A stretch of DNA of 36,750 bases, taken from positions 1-36,750 of the forward strand of contig JBGQGY010000022.1 of assembly GCA_041497675.1 (NCBI GenBank). The letters run 5' to 3'. This stretch comes from a bacterium (GTDB lineage: Bacteria; Sysuimicrobiota; Sysuimicrobiia; Sysuimicrobiales; Humicultoraceae). How positions within the stretch are numbered: position 1 is the stretch's first letter; each line of letters opens with the position of its first letter. Of this stretch, positions 8,527 through 18,329 are shown one piece after another. A program made the position numbers and the translations under genes. The notes under the pieces are model-generated. The model had not been told where the DNA came from, did no database searches, and worked only from the letters and a program-made list of their open reading frames with translations.

Positions 8527-9785
8527 CCCGATCACGTCTCCTGTACGCGGTGTCCGTCCTCTGCGTCCTCAGCGCGGTCCTGGCGATCGCGCCGGCCGGA
8601 CAGACGGCGCCAGCCACGACGCTGGAGTTTTGGACCATCTCGCTCCAGCCGTTCTTTACGGGCTACGTGAACGGTGTCGTCGAGGCCTATGAACGAACGC
8701 ACCCCGGTGTGAAGGTGCGCTGGGTCGACGTGCAGTTCAGCGCGGTCGAACAGAAGTTGCTCGCCGCGCTGGCCGGCGGCGTGCCGCCCGACGTCGTCAA
8801 CCTCAACACCGAGATGACGATCCGGCTGGCCGAGCGCGACGCCCTTGTCGACGTCGACACCGCGGTGGCGGCCGACGCGCGCGCCCGCTACTTCGAAGGG
8901 ATGTGGCGATCGACGCAGTATCGCGGGCGGTCGTACGGCATCCCCTGGTATGTCGCCCCCAACGTCATCGCGTACAACGCGGCAATCTACAAGCGCGCCG
9001 GATTGAACCCCAACGAACCGCCCTCGACAGAGGACGAGATGATCCAGCAGGCCCGCGCGATCAAGAACCGTGCAAAGGCCTACGGCTTCATGCCCAATGT
9101 TGACGGCGTCCGGATGTTGCACCGTTTCCAGGAGCAGGGACTGGCGATTCTGAGTCCCGACGGCAAGCGCGCCGTCTTCAATTCGCCCGAGCACGTGCGG
9201 TACCTGACCCGGTATGTCGATCTTTTCAAGGAAGACTACTTCCCCGAAGATACGCTGCGGCGGGGGTATCTGGGCGCCACCGAGCGGTACAGCGCCGGGC
9301 AACTGGGGATGCTGATCACGGGGCCGCAGTTTCTCCTGCGGGTCAAGAGCGACAGCCCTGAGGTCTACGCGCAGACGTTCGTCGCGCCCTACCCCAAGGG
9401 GAGGGGCAACACGCAGCATCTGGCGATCATGGTGGTCGCCGTGCCCAAGGCGTCGCGTAACGCCACGGCGGCGGTCGACTTCGCGTTGTTCGTCACCAAC
9501 GACGCGAATCAATTGGAATTTAGCAGACAGGTCGTCGTGTTCCCGTCCACGAAACAGGCGGCCGCCGATCCATTCTTCCGCCGCGGGGGCGCCGGCCCCG
9601 AGGATGTCGCGCGCAAAGTGGCCGCGGCCGATCTGGCAAACGCCCGCGACCTCAGCGTGGTGGCGCCGCATTCCGGCGATCTGTTTCGTGCCTTTCGCGA
9701 GGCGGTGGAGAGCGCGTTCTATGGCAAGCGCACCCCGAAGGACGCCCTCGACTGGGCGGTGGGGCAGTGGAATGCGCGGCTGTGA
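8523..9785 (+). CDS. Sugar ABC transporter substrate-binding protein (CUT1)
   Basis: Signal peptide, LEFWTISL, PPDVVNLN, YGIPWY, AVDFALFVTN; ATGA overlap with upstream gene. Confidence 0.92.
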   Translation: MTRSRLLYAVSVLCVLSAVLAIAPAGQTAPATTLEFWTISLQPFFTGYVNGVVEAYERTHPGVKVRWVDVQFSAVEQKLLAALAGGVPPDVVNLNTEMTIRLAERDALVDVDTAVAADARARYFEGMWRSTQYRGRSYGIPWYVAPNVIAYNAAIYKRAGLNPNEPPSTEDEMIQQARAIKNRAKAYGFMPNVDGVRMLHRFQEQGLAILSPDGKRAVFNSPEHVRYLTRYVDLFKEDYFPEDTLRRGYLGATERYSAGQLGMLITGPQFLLRVKSDSPEVYAQTFVAPYPKGRGNTQHLAIMVVAVPKASRNATAAVDFALFVTNDANQLEFSRQVVVFPSTKQAAADPFFRRGGAGPEDVARKVAAADLANARDLSVVAPHSGDLFRAFREAVESAFYGKRTPKDALDWAVGQWNARL

Positions 9786-11938
9786 AGAGCGTCGTTGCGA
9801 TCCTGGCGGCGGCGATCGTCGCCGCCGGCGGTGCGCCGGCCGTCGCGCAAACCGCAGGGACGCCGGGGATCGCCGGGCCGTTTGTCTGGTCTGACGCGTA
9901 CGTCACGCCACCCCGCGACCGCCGCATCATTCCACAACCAAAAACTGTTCGCTGGCGCGAGGCGGCTTTTGAGATTACGGCTACCACCCGCATTGTGGTC
10001 GGCGATGCCGCGCAGCCCGAGGATCTCTACGCCGCTCGCGAACTGAACGAAGAGGTCGTCGCATGGGGCCGCCCGCCGCTGGCGGTCGTCCGATCCTCGG
10101 CGGTCGCGGCGGGGACGACAAACGTCATTCTCGTCGGCGAACCGGCGTTGAACCCGCTCGTGGCGGGCGCGCTCGCGCAGACCGGTCTGCGCGTTGATCC
10201 GCAGAGCCCCGGTCCCGAAGGCTATGCCCTCAGTGTGTCGCCCACGCTCGTGGTTGCGGGCGGATCCGACCGGCGGGGCACGTTTTACGCGATCCAGACC
10301 GTGCGGCAATTGATCGACCTCGATCGCGACCGCCTCATCGTCCGAGGTGTCGAGGTGCGCGATTGGCCGGATCATGCCATTCGCGCGGTCCACGTCGTAC
10401 TCGACAACTACTCCGACGTGTTCCACGTCGCGTTGATCGACCGGATCTTCAGCCGGTACAAGTTCAACATGGTCATCGCCGAGTCGGAATACGTGCAGTG
10501 GGACAGCGCGCGAAACATCCGGCATCCGGGCGGGGCGACGAAGACACAGGCGGCGGCGGTCGTCACCGCGGCCCGCGAGCACTTGATGGAGCCCGTGCCG
10601 TTGATCCAGACCCTCGGTCATTCGGAGTGGCTGTTCAACAACGCTCAGAACCTCGATCTCCTGGAGATGCCGGCAGATCTGGCGCCGGTGCGGTACGTGT
10701 ACAATCCATTGACCCCACGCGTCTACGACGTCGTGCTGCCGATCTTTGATGAAGCGCTCGATCTCTTCAAGTCGCGATACCTGCACATTGGTCACGACGA
10801 GGTGCGCAACGTCGTGCCGTTCCCATGGTCCGAGGAAGGCCGCCGGCTGGGCTTTGGCGAGCTGTACACGCGCGACATCCTGCGGCTGTATACCCACCTC
10901 CGCAACCGCGGTGCCGGCACGATGATGTGGGCCGACGTGGTGTTGACCGGTGACTACCTGCCGGAGTTTTCGCGCCTACCGAGAGACATCGTGATGGTGG
11001 ACTGGCAGTACCACGACGCGGGCCGGTATCCCAGCCTGGCCAGGCTGCGCGAGATGGGGTTCCCGGTGCTGGGCGCTTCGTGGTTCAATCTCGGCAACAA
11101 CGCGTCGCTGTCGCTGGAAGCCCACCGTGCGGGCGCCGCCGGGATGGTGCGCACGACGTGGACGGGGTACTTTGGCAACCGCGCCGCGTTGATGCAGTTC
11201 GAGCAGATGTACAGTTACGTCGTCGCAGCCGATCACTTCTGGAACACCGCGTCGGGCGGCTCAGGGTCGAACGGCCCCTTGGGGGCGGTAGATGCCGCGC
11301 GACGGTTTGCGGCCGACTGGCAGGAGCGGCGCGCGCCGCCGCGGACGGCTGCGGGGTTCCCGGTGGACCTGCGCGGTGTCGCCACCCGCAGTCACATCGA
11401 CGATGGAAACGGGTGGTTGGGGAAGGGGCCCGCGTACGATCTCCGGAATCTTCCGACGGGCGCGCAGCGGTTTGCAGGCGTGCTCTTTGACGTGATCGAT
11501 CCGGCCGCGAACCGCGGGCGCAGCGCAGTGATGCTGCGCGGGGCGGGGGAGGCACTGGAACGCCTCCCCGATCGGGTGGCGGTGGTCGTCAGGCGGCCCG
11601 CCGCCGCGCTGTGTTTCCTGCACGCGCTGCCCTATCCGGCGAGGACCGGAGATCTGGTGGCCACGTATCGCGTGTACTTCGATGATGGGGGAAGCGCCGA
11701 CATCCCGGTGCACTACCGGCGCACCATCGGGACGTGGCTGGACGATCCCGCCGCGCTCGAGCACGAGATCGCCTGGAGCGGTTCGACGCGATCGGGGATC
11801 GACGTCCGGCTGTCGATGCTGTGTTGGACAAATCCCGATCCGCGGCGCGCGATCATGACCATCGACCTGATCGCGGGGACCGCTGAGGCGGCGCCTGCCA
11901 TCTTTGCGATCACGGCGCTGGACGGACCGCGGCGATAG
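9782..11938 (+). CDS. Secreted GH20 beta-N-acetylhexosaminidase with GH20b N-domain and C-terminal beta-sandwich-like domain
   Basis: IIPQPK, PEGYAL, GTFYAIQT, VRDWP..IR, VPLIQTLGH, catalytic HIGHDE, MMWAD, DWQY; GTG start overlapping SBP stop (GTGA). Confidence 0.88.
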   Translation: MKSVVAILAAAIVAAGGAPAVAQTAGTPGIAGPFVWSDAYVTPPRDRRIIPQPKTVRWREAAFEITATTRIVVGDAAQPEDLYAARELNEEVVAWGRPPLAVVRSSAVAAGTTNVILVGEPALNPLVAGALAQTGLRVDPQSPGPEGYALSVSPTLVVAGGSDRRGTFYAIQTVRQLIDLDRDRLIVRGVEVRDWPDHAIRAVHVVLDNYSDVFHVALIDRIFSRYKFNMVIAESEYVQWDSARNIRHPGGATKTQAAAVVTAAREHLMEPVPLIQTLGHSEWLFNNAQNLDLLEMPADLAPVRYVYNPLTPRVYDVVLPIFDEALDLFKSRYLHIGHDEVRNVVPFPWSEEGRRLGFGELYTRDILRLYTHLRNRGAGTMMWADVVLTGDYLPEFSRLPRDIVMVDWQYHDAGRYPSLARLREMGFPVLGASWFNLGNNASLSLEAHRAGAAGMVRTTWTGYFGNRAALMQFEQMYSYVVAADHFWNTASGGSGSNGPLGAVDAARRFAADWQERRAPPRTAAGFPVDLRGVATRSHIDDGNGWLGKGPAYDLRNLPTGAQRFAGVLFDVIDPAANRGRSAVMLRGAGEALERLPDRVAVVVRRPAAALCFLHALPYPARTGDLVATYRVYFDDGGSADIPVHYRRTIGTWLDDPAALEHEIAWSGSTRSGIDVRLSMLCWTNPDPRRAIMTIDLIAGTAEAAPAIFAITALDGPRR

Positions 11939-11958
11939 AGCGACGGAGGAGGATCGAC

Positions 11959-12453
11959 GTGAACGAACGCGGCGTCGTGCTCTCGATCCAATTGTCGAAG
12001 GTGCACGGTCAGCTTCCCGTCCCGGTCGAGGAGACCCGGGCGCTGGTCGGACACGGTCTCGAAGGCGACAGTCACGGCAAGCGCAGGCCCAACACGGGAC
12101 GCCAGGTGGTGCTGGTAGATCGGCGCACCCTGGAGGCCTTTGGGTTCGCGCACGGCGCGCTCCGAGAGCAGCTGACCGTCGATTTTCCTGGGCTGGATAC
12201 GCTCGTTGCGGGCACGCGCCTTCGGGTCGGCGAGGCGGTGCTCGAGGTCAGCGGGCCGTGCGATCCCTGCGTGGGTATCGGCACGCTCAACGGCGTCGAG
12301 GACCCACACGCGCTGCGCGACGCGCTGGCCGGGAGACGCGGGATGTCCGCCAAGGTCGTCGCGGTTATAGGCACCGCTCTCATCCGCCGCGGCGACATGC
12401 TCGTGGTGGAGGCGGGCCTGCCCACTGCGGCCACGGAACGCGTTCCAGGATGA
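11959..12453 (+). CDS. MOSC domain-containing protein
   Basis: GLEGDSH, RQVVL, LREQLTV, LRVGEAVLEVSGPCDPC, RRGMSAKV...IRRGD; SD ggaggagg. Confidence 0.85.
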   Translation: MNERGVVLSIQLSKVHGQLPVPVEETRALVGHGLEGDSHGKRRPNTGRQVVLVDRRTLEAFGFAHGALREQLTVDFPGLDTLVAGTRLRVGEAVLEVSGPCDPCVGIGTLNGVEDPHALRDALAGRRGMSAKVVAVIGTALIRRGDMLVVEAGLPTAATERVPG

Positions 12454-13463
12454 GCGGGCCGGGGCGGGTGATCGTCGAGCACATCGAAAGCCGGGCGCTC
12501 GTGGGCAACCGGATGGGCGACCCGCACGTTCGGCAGATCCCCGTGTATCTGCCCCCGGGCTACGATGGGGGGCGCGCGGCCTATCCCGTCATCTACTGGT
12601 TGCACGGGTTTAGCGGCACCGGTCTCGCCGCGATCAATCACAATCCGTGGGTGCCGTCGCTGCCCGAATGTATGGACCGCGTGATGGCGGGTGGCGCGCC
12701 ACCCGCCATCCTGGTGATGGTCGATGGGTTCACGAAGTTTGGGGGCAGCCAGTACCTGAACTCCGACGCCAACGGCCGGTATGAAGACTTCACGACGGGT
12801 GAGGTCGTGGCGCACATCGACAGGCGCTACCGCACGCTCGCGTCGGCGCCGCACCGTGGCATCAACGGCAAGTCGAGCGGCGGGTATGGGGCGCTCGTCC
12901 TCGCGATGCGCCATCCCGATGTCTTTGGAGGCGCCGCGTCACACTCGGGCGATCTATTCTTTGAAGCCTGCTACAAACCCGACTTCTGGAAGTTCTGCAA
13001 CACGGCCGCGAAGCACGGCGGTGTCGACGCGTTTCTCCGCGCGTTTCTGGCGATGCCCAAGAAGACCGACGCGGCCGTCACGGCGGTCAACATCGCGGCC
13101 ATGGCGATGGCCTACTCATCGAACCCCAACCGGCCCCCGTTCTACTTCGATCTGCCGTTTGACGCGCACACCGGTGAACTCGATGACGCGGTATGGCAAC
13201 GCTGGCTGGCCTGGGACCCGGTCGTCATGGCCGAGCGCTACGCGGACAACTTGCGGCGGCTGCGGGTGATCTACTTCGAATGCGGATCACGCGACCAGTT
13301 CTATCTACACTTGGGGGCCCGGCAACTCCACGACCGGCTCAGCCGGCTCGGCATCACCCACGAGTATCAAGAGTTCGACGACAACCATACCGCCGTCAAC
13401 TACCGCTACGTCGAGTCGCTGCGCCGGCTGTGCGAGGCGCTGGCCGGCCCACATGGAGGCTAG
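12450..13463 (+). CDS. Alpha/beta-hydrolase esterase (enterochelin esterase/CE1-like)
   Basis: VYLPPGY, YPVIYWLHG, nucleophile elbow GKSSGG, GSRDQF, DDNH; ATGA overlap with MOSC gene. Confidence 0.88.
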   Translation: MSGPGRVIVEHIESRALVGNRMGDPHVRQIPVYLPPGYDGGRAAYPVIYWLHGFSGTGLAAINHNPWVPSLPECMDRVMAGGAPPAILVMVDGFTKFGGSQYLNSDANGRYEDFTTGEVVAHIDRRYRTLASAPHRGINGKSSGGYGALVLAMRHPDVFGGAASHSGDLFFEACYKPDFWKFCNTAAKHGGVDAFLRAFLAMPKKTDAAVTAVNIAAMAMAYSSNPNRPPFYFDLPFDAHTGELDDAVWQRWLAWDPVVMAERYADNLRRLRVIYFECGSRDQFYLHLGARQLHDRLSRLGITHEYQEFDDNHTAVNYRYVESLRRLCEALAGPHGG

Positions 13464-14367
13464 ACCCAGACCGCCCGTTCTTGGATGTACACGACGGCAG
13501 TGGCGCACAATCGCCGTCGCGTACGTGTTTTTAGGGCCCGCGCTCCTGCTGCTCGGCGTCTTCACCTTCTACCCCGTAGTCTTTGGCGCCGCGCTCAGCC
13601 TGTTCAACTACGATGTGATCTCGCCGCCCCGGTTCGTCGGGTTGGCGAATTTCCGCGCGTTGTGGGCGGACCGCTATCTCTGGCTGGCGCTGGGGAACTC
13701 GCTCAAGTTTCTGCTCGTGGTACCGGTGCTGCAGATCCTGTCGATCGGTCTGGCGGTTTCGGTCAACGCGCCGCTGCGCGGGATCCGCTGGTTCCGCGCC
13801 GCCTACTACGTCCCCGTCATTACGTCGATTGTCGTCGCAGGGCTGGTGTGGCGGTGGCTGTACGAACAGGACGGTCTGCTCAACTACTTGCTGATCCGTC
13901 TTGGCGTACTCACGCGCCCGATCGCCTGGCTGGGGCAGCCCGATCTGGCCCTCTACGCCGTGATGTTCGTGACCCTCTGGAAGGGCTTGGGTTACTACAT
14001 GGTGATCTACCTGGCCGGGCTGCAGGGCATCCCCCCGGAGTGCGAGGAAGCGGCGATCACCGACGGCGCGACGCGCTGGCAGGTCTTCCGTCACGTCACG
14101 CTGCCGTTGCTGCGGCCGTCGATCCTGCTGGCGTCGACGATTTCGGCGATCGCCGCGCTCAAGGTCTTCGAGGAAGTGTACGTCATGACCGGCGGCGGGC
14201 CGATGTTTAGGACCTACACGATGTTCTACTACATCTTCGACAAAGGCTTTCAGCAGCTCGAGCTGGGCTATGCGGCCGCGATCGCCGTGGTGCTGGCCGC
14301 GGTCACGCTCGTGCTCTCGGCGGTGAACTTCCGCATCTTCCGGCAGGGAGGGTGGACGTATTACTGA
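13453..14367 (+). CDS. Carbohydrate ABC transporter permease 1
   Basis: FVGLANF, YYVPVITS, WKGLGYYMVIYLAGLQGIP..EEAAITDGA EAA loop, TGGGP, LGYAAA. Confidence 0.95.
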   Translation: MEARPRPPVLGCTRRQWRTIAVAYVFLGPALLLLGVFTFYPVVFGAALSLFNYDVISPPRFVGLANFRALWADRYLWLALGNSLKFLLVVPVLQILSIGLAVSVNAPLRGIRWFRAAYYVPVITSIVVAGLVWRWLYEQDGLLNYLLIRLGVLTRPIAWLGQPDLALYAVMFVTLWKGLGYYMVIYLAGLQGIPPECEEAAITDGATRWQVFRHVTLPLLRPSILLASTISAIAALKVFEEVYVMTGGGPMFRTYTMFYYIFDKGFQQLELGYAAAIAVVLAAVTLVLSAVNFRIFRQGGWTYY

Positions 14368-14374
14368 GGGTCTC

Positions 14375-15202
14375 TTGAGTCGACCACCCCGCCCGCTCGC
14401 GCTCGCGGCGCGTTATGTGGGTTTGATCCTACTGGCGATCTTTACCACGTTTCCGCTCCTCTGGCTGGTGTCTACCGCGCTACGGACGAGCGGTCCGGTC
14501 TTCGGTTTCCCGCCCAACCTGCTGCCGTGGCCGGCCTCTTTGGGGAACTTCCTTACCGTATGGAAGACGATGCCGCTGCCGCGGTATTTCCTGAACACCG
14601 TGGTGCTGGCCGGACTGGGTGTCGGTCTGAACCTGATCTTGTGCGCGCTGGCCGCGTACCCGCTGGCACGCATGGAGTTCCCGGGGCGGAAGCTCATCGC
14701 CGGCCTGCTGCTGAGCACGCTGCTGCTGCCGGGGCACATCGGCCTGATCGTCAACTTTGTGACGCTGCTTCGGCTGCGTTTGGTCGACACGTACGCCGGC
14801 GTGTTGTTGCCCGGCGCCGTGAGCGTGTTTGGGATCTTCCTGCTGCGGCAGGCCTTCCTGACGGTGCCGCAGGATCTGGAGGACGCCGCGCGGATCGACG
14901 GCGCCGCGGAGTGGACGATCTGGTGGCGGGTGATGCTGCCGGTGATCACGCCCGCGCTGGGCGCGCTCGCCCTCTTCGAATTCGTCGCCGTCTGGAATTC
15001 GTTCCTATGGCCGCTGATCGTGCTCAAGAGCCCGGAGAAATATCCGCTGGCCGTGGGTCTGCTCTATTTGTCGGGGCTCTTCGCCCACAATACGCGCGCC
15101 GTCGCGGCCGGCGCCGTGATGATGACGTTGCCAATCATCGCGGTGTTTCTCTTCACGCAACGATACTTCATGCGGGGTTTGACGTCAGGAGCGATCCGGT
15201 GA
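14375..15202 (+). CDS. Carbohydrate ABC transporter permease 2
   Basis: AAYPLARMEFPGR, FLLRQAF, DLEDAARIDGA, WNSFLWP, QRYFMRGL. Confidence 0.95.
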   Translation: MSRPPRPLALAARYVGLILLAIFTTFPLLWLVSTALRTSGPVFGFPPNLLPWPASLGNFLTVWKTMPLPRYFLNTVVLAGLGVGLNLILCALAAYPLARMEFPGRKLIAGLLLSTLLLPGHIGLIVNFVTLLRLRLVDTYAGVLLPGAVSVFGIFLLRQAFLTVPQDLEDAARIDGAAEWTIWWRVMLPVITPALGALALFEFVAVWNSFLWPLIVLKSPEKYPLAVGLLYLSGLFAHNTRAVAAGAVMMTLPIIAVFLFTQRYFMRGLTSGAIR

Positions 15203-15206
15203 GGGC

Positions 15207-16715
15207 GTGAAGCGGCTGCTATTTGTGCCGCTCGACGACCGGCCCGCGACCCGGGAAACGGTCCTCGACCTGCTGCCGCTGACCGGCGCCGCGTGGGACA
15301 CGCCGCCAAAGGAGATCCTCGGTCACCGGCGCCGCCCGGCCGACCTGGACGCACTGTGGCGGTTGGTGGAACGCGAGGCCGGAATGATCGACGCGCTGAT
15401 CGTCTCATCGGAGGTGCTCATTCACGGGGGGCTGGTGGCCTCAAGGCTGAGCGTCGATCCATTAGATGTTCTCTGGCGCCGGGTGGATCGGTTGGGGCGG
15501 CTGGCCGCGCGCGTGCCGACCTACTTGAGCGCGATCAACATGCGCATCCCCACCGGCGGCAGCGATGAGGAGCCCCCGTATTGGGGACCGCACGGCGACG
15601 CGCTCCGCCAGTACTCGGCAGAGCTCGATGCCGGGGAGCAAACCGATGATCACGCCAGGATCCAGCGCGCGATCGAGACGCTCGGGACCGTCCCCGCCGC
15701 GGCGATCGATGACCTGCTGCGGCGGCGGCGGCGGCAGTTGCTGTTGAACCTTGAACTAATCCAGATGGCGGGGAGCGGCCCGTTGCGCGACCTACTGATC
15801 GGTCAAGACGACGCGCAGCCCTACGGGCTGACGCGGGCCGATTTCTCGGTGCTGCGGCGGTTCCGCGATCGCAACGCCGCCGCGCGCGTGCACATCTCAG
15901 CCGGAGCCGACGAACTTGGGGCCCGGCTGCTGGCCAGGGTGGTCAACGACGCGGCGCAGAAGACCCCGAAGGTGGCGGTCCGCTACACGCACCCGGAGGC
16001 CCGCCGCAGCATCCCACGCTACGAGCCCTCGCCGCTGGAAGAGACCGTCGCCGCGCATCTGGAGGCCGCCGGTTGCACGATCAGCGATGACGAACCAGAG
16101 ATCCTGCTGTGGATCCACAACTTTCCCGGCGTGCAGCAGCGCGAGTCGATCGACCAGCGCGGCGCGCCGCCGGCGCCGACCCGGACCGTCGCGGCGGCGA
16201 TCGCCGAGGCGGTCACCCGCGGCATCGTCTGCGGCTGCGCCGACGTGCGGTATGCAAACGGCTCCGACGACGCCATGGTACGCTCGCTGTTGGCGCGAGA
16301 GGATTTTTGCGGGCTGGCCGGCTACGCGGGCTGGAACACCTGCAGCAATTCGCTGGGGACAGTCGTGGCGCAGGTCGTGCTCTCGTATCACGCGCGGGCG
16401 CTGCTGAGCCAGGTCCGGTATCGGCAGATTCGGCGGCGCTATCTGGCCCGGCGATTGCTGGACGACTGGGGGTACCAGACGATCGTACGCCCCTACCTGG
16501 CGCGTGAAGTGATCCCTCCGCTCGGCGCCGACCCGACGGCGCTCGGTCCCGCGCTCGGCGCCGTCCGCGAGGCGGCCCTGGCACGATATCGTGAACAGGT
16601 GCTGCCCTCGGTGGAGCGGCAGTTTGGATCACCAATCCTCATGAATATCTCCTTCCCCTGGGACCGCCTCTTCGAGATCGACGTGCAGATGCCCGATGAC
16701 GCCGCGCCCGTCTGA
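15207..16715 (+). CDS. DUF4127 family protein (function unknown)
   Basis: VPLDDRP, GGLVASR, MRIP, GQDD, GADE, YE, ADV.YANG.D, YAGWNT..NSLG, DDWGYQ, FPWDRLFE motifs recalled as characteristic of DUF4127. Confidence 0.8.
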   Translation: MKRLLFVPLDDRPATRETVLDLLPLTGAAWDTPPKEILGHRRRPADLDALWRLVEREAGMIDALIVSSEVLIHGGLVASRLSVDPLDVLWRRVDRLGRLAARVPTYLSAINMRIPTGGSDEEPPYWGPHGDALRQYSAELDAGEQTDDHARIQRAIETLGTVPAAAIDDLLRRRRRQLLLNLELIQMAGSGPLRDLLIGQDDAQPYGLTRADFSVLRRFRDRNAAARVHISAGADELGARLLARVVNDAAQKTPKVAVRYTHPEARRSIPRYEPSPLEETVAAHLEAAGCTISDDEPEILLWIHNFPGVQQRESIDQRGAPPAPTRTVAAAIAEAVTRGIVCGCADVRYANGSDDAMVRSLLAREDFCGLAGYAGWNTCSNSLGTVVAQVVLSYHARALLSQVRYRQIRRRYLARRLLDDWGYQTIVRPYLAREVIPPLGADPTALGPALGAVREAALARYREQVLPSVERQFGSPILMNISFPWDRLFEIDVQMPDDAAPV

Positions 16716-18093
16716 CACGCCGCGTCCCACGGGCCAGCGCGGGTACGACGTCGTCGTGATTGGCGGTGGCCCGGCGGGGTCGGTCGCCTCGGTGGCCGCC
16801 GCGCGCGAAGGGGCGCGCGTCGCGTGCGTCGAGCGGTACGGCTTTCTCGGCGGGACGCTGACAGCGGCCATGGTCGCGCCGATCATGGGTTTTCACGCCG
16901 GGAGCCAACAGGTCGTCCAAGGCATCCCGCAGGAGATCGTCGGCCGCATGATGGCCATCGGCGCCTCGCCGGGACACGTGCCCGATCCCATCGATTTCTG
17001 CGACACGGTGACGCCCTTCGACTACGAAGGGCTCAAGCGGGTGCTGCTCGAGATGGCCGTGGAGGCGGGCGTCGATCTCTGGTTCCACACGGTCTTTCTG
17101 GACGCGGAGGCGCGTGACGGCGAGATCGAGGCGGTGCGCGTCTGGCAGAAGGACGGCATCAAAGAACTCCGCGCGCCGGTGTTTATCGACGCTTCGGGCG
17201 ACGGCGATCTGTCGGTCGCGGCGGGCGCCGCGTTTGAGATGGGCCGCCCCGGCGATCGCCGCCCGCAGCCCATGACGCTGATGTTTCGTCTGGGCGGCGT
17301 CAATTGGGACGAGGTGATGGAGTACCTCTCACAGCACCCCGACGAAGTGCAGCACGGTCAGGGCATCCACGGCCCGATCGACATCGGCTGGCTGCGCCGC
17401 CTGCCCAGCCGGGGCTTCGCCGGGTTCAAGACCACGGTGCTCGAGGCGCGGGCGCGAGGGGAGTGGACGATCCCGCGCGACCGCCTGCTGATCTTCGAGG
17501 GTGTGCGGCCCGGTGAGGCCGTGGTCAACACGACGCGGGTGCTCGATCGACTCGGCGTGGTCGGCGAGGACCTGGCGCGCGCGGAAGTCGAGGGCCGCCA
17601 GCAGGCCTATACGGTCGCCGATTTCCTGACGCGCCGCATCCCCGGCTTCGCGGGTTCGTATCTGCTCGAAACGCCGGCGCAGATCGGTGTGCGAGAGACG
17701 CGGCGGATCGTCGGTGACTACACGCTAACGGCCGACGACGTGCTCGGCGCGCGAAAGTTCGACGACGCGATCGCGTGCGGCGCATACCCGATCGACATCC
17801 ACGACCCGGCCTCGGAGCGGCTGGTGACGAAACGCCTGCCCCAGGGCGAGTATTACACGATCCCCTATCGCTGTTTGCTGCCGCGTGACGGCAAGAACTG
17901 GCTGGTCGCGGGGCGGTGTATCTCGGCGACGCACGAAGCGTTCGCGGCGTTTCGGGTCTCGGCGATCGTGATGGCGATCGCGCAGGCAGCCGGGACGGCG
18001 GCGGCGATGGCGGTGGAGCGGCGATTCTCACCCAGGAGACTCGATCCGCGCGATTTGAGACGGATCCTCGCGCAACGATCTGCATTCGTCTGA
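16696..18093 (+). CDS. FAD-dependent oxidoreductase (PF12831-like)
   Basis: YDVVVIGGGPAG, FIDASGDGDL, QPMTLMFRLGGV, IGVRETRRIVG, YPIDIH, YTIPYRCLLP, VAGRCIS. Confidence 0.9.
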   Translation: MTPRPSDTPRPTGQRGYDVVVIGGGPAGSVASVAAAREGARVACVERYGFLGGTLTAAMVAPIMGFHAGSQQVVQGIPQEIVGRMMAIGASPGHVPDPIDFCDTVTPFDYEGLKRVLLEMAVEAGVDLWFHTVFLDAEARDGEIEAVRVWQKDGIKELRAPVFIDASGDGDLSVAAGAAFEMGRPGDRRPQPMTLMFRLGGVNWDEVMEYLSQHPDEVQHGQGIHGPIDIGWLRRLPSRGFAGFKTTVLEARARGEWTIPRDRLLIFEGVRPGEAVVNTTRVLDRLGVVGEDLARAEVEGRQQAYTVADFLTRRIPGFAGSYLLETPAQIGVRETRRIVGDYTLTADDVLGARKFDDAIACGAYPIDIHDPASERLVTKRLPQGEYYTIPYRCLLPRDGKNWLVAGRCISATHEAFAAFRVSAIVMAIAQAAGTAAAMAVERRFSPRRLDPRDLRRILAQRSAFV

Positions 18094-18112
18094 TTGGCTT
18101 AGTCTATGATTT

Positions 18113-18276
18113 GGCGAGGAGATCACCATTGCCAAGGCCGGTAAGCCCATTGCTAGACTCGTCCCGCTGACCGCCCGCATCGCAGGATTCTGGGAAGCGC
18201 GCGTGGGAAGATCTCCGTGGCCGATGATTTCGACGCACCGCTTCCCGACGAGGTCCTTCGAGCCTTCAACGAATGA
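18113..18276 (+). pseudogene. Phd/YefM-type antitoxin remnant (N-terminus missing, internal frameshift)
   Basis: One frame reads GEEITIAKAGKPIARLVPLT from 18113, with an in-frame TGA at 18107 and no start codon. After a frameshift near 18170-18180 it reads RRILGSARGKISVADDFDAPLPDEVLRAFNE* (stop 18274-18276). Confidence 0.85.
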
Positions 18277-18329
18277 GGCTGCTGCTCGATACGCACGCAT
18301 TCCTGTGGTGGATCTCCAGTATCCGGTAG
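18273..18329 (+). pseudogene. Truncated VapC/PIN-domain toxin N-terminus
   Basis: MRLLLDTHAFLWWISSIR*; LLLDTHxxLWW is the canonical start of this PIN family; ATGA overlap with the antitoxin stop; ends after 18 codons. Confidence 0.85.

Noticed and set aside
11904..12449. Long N-terminal extension of the esterase ORF
   Set aside because: It overlaps the MOSC gene in another frame; the ATGA-coupled start at 12450 is better.
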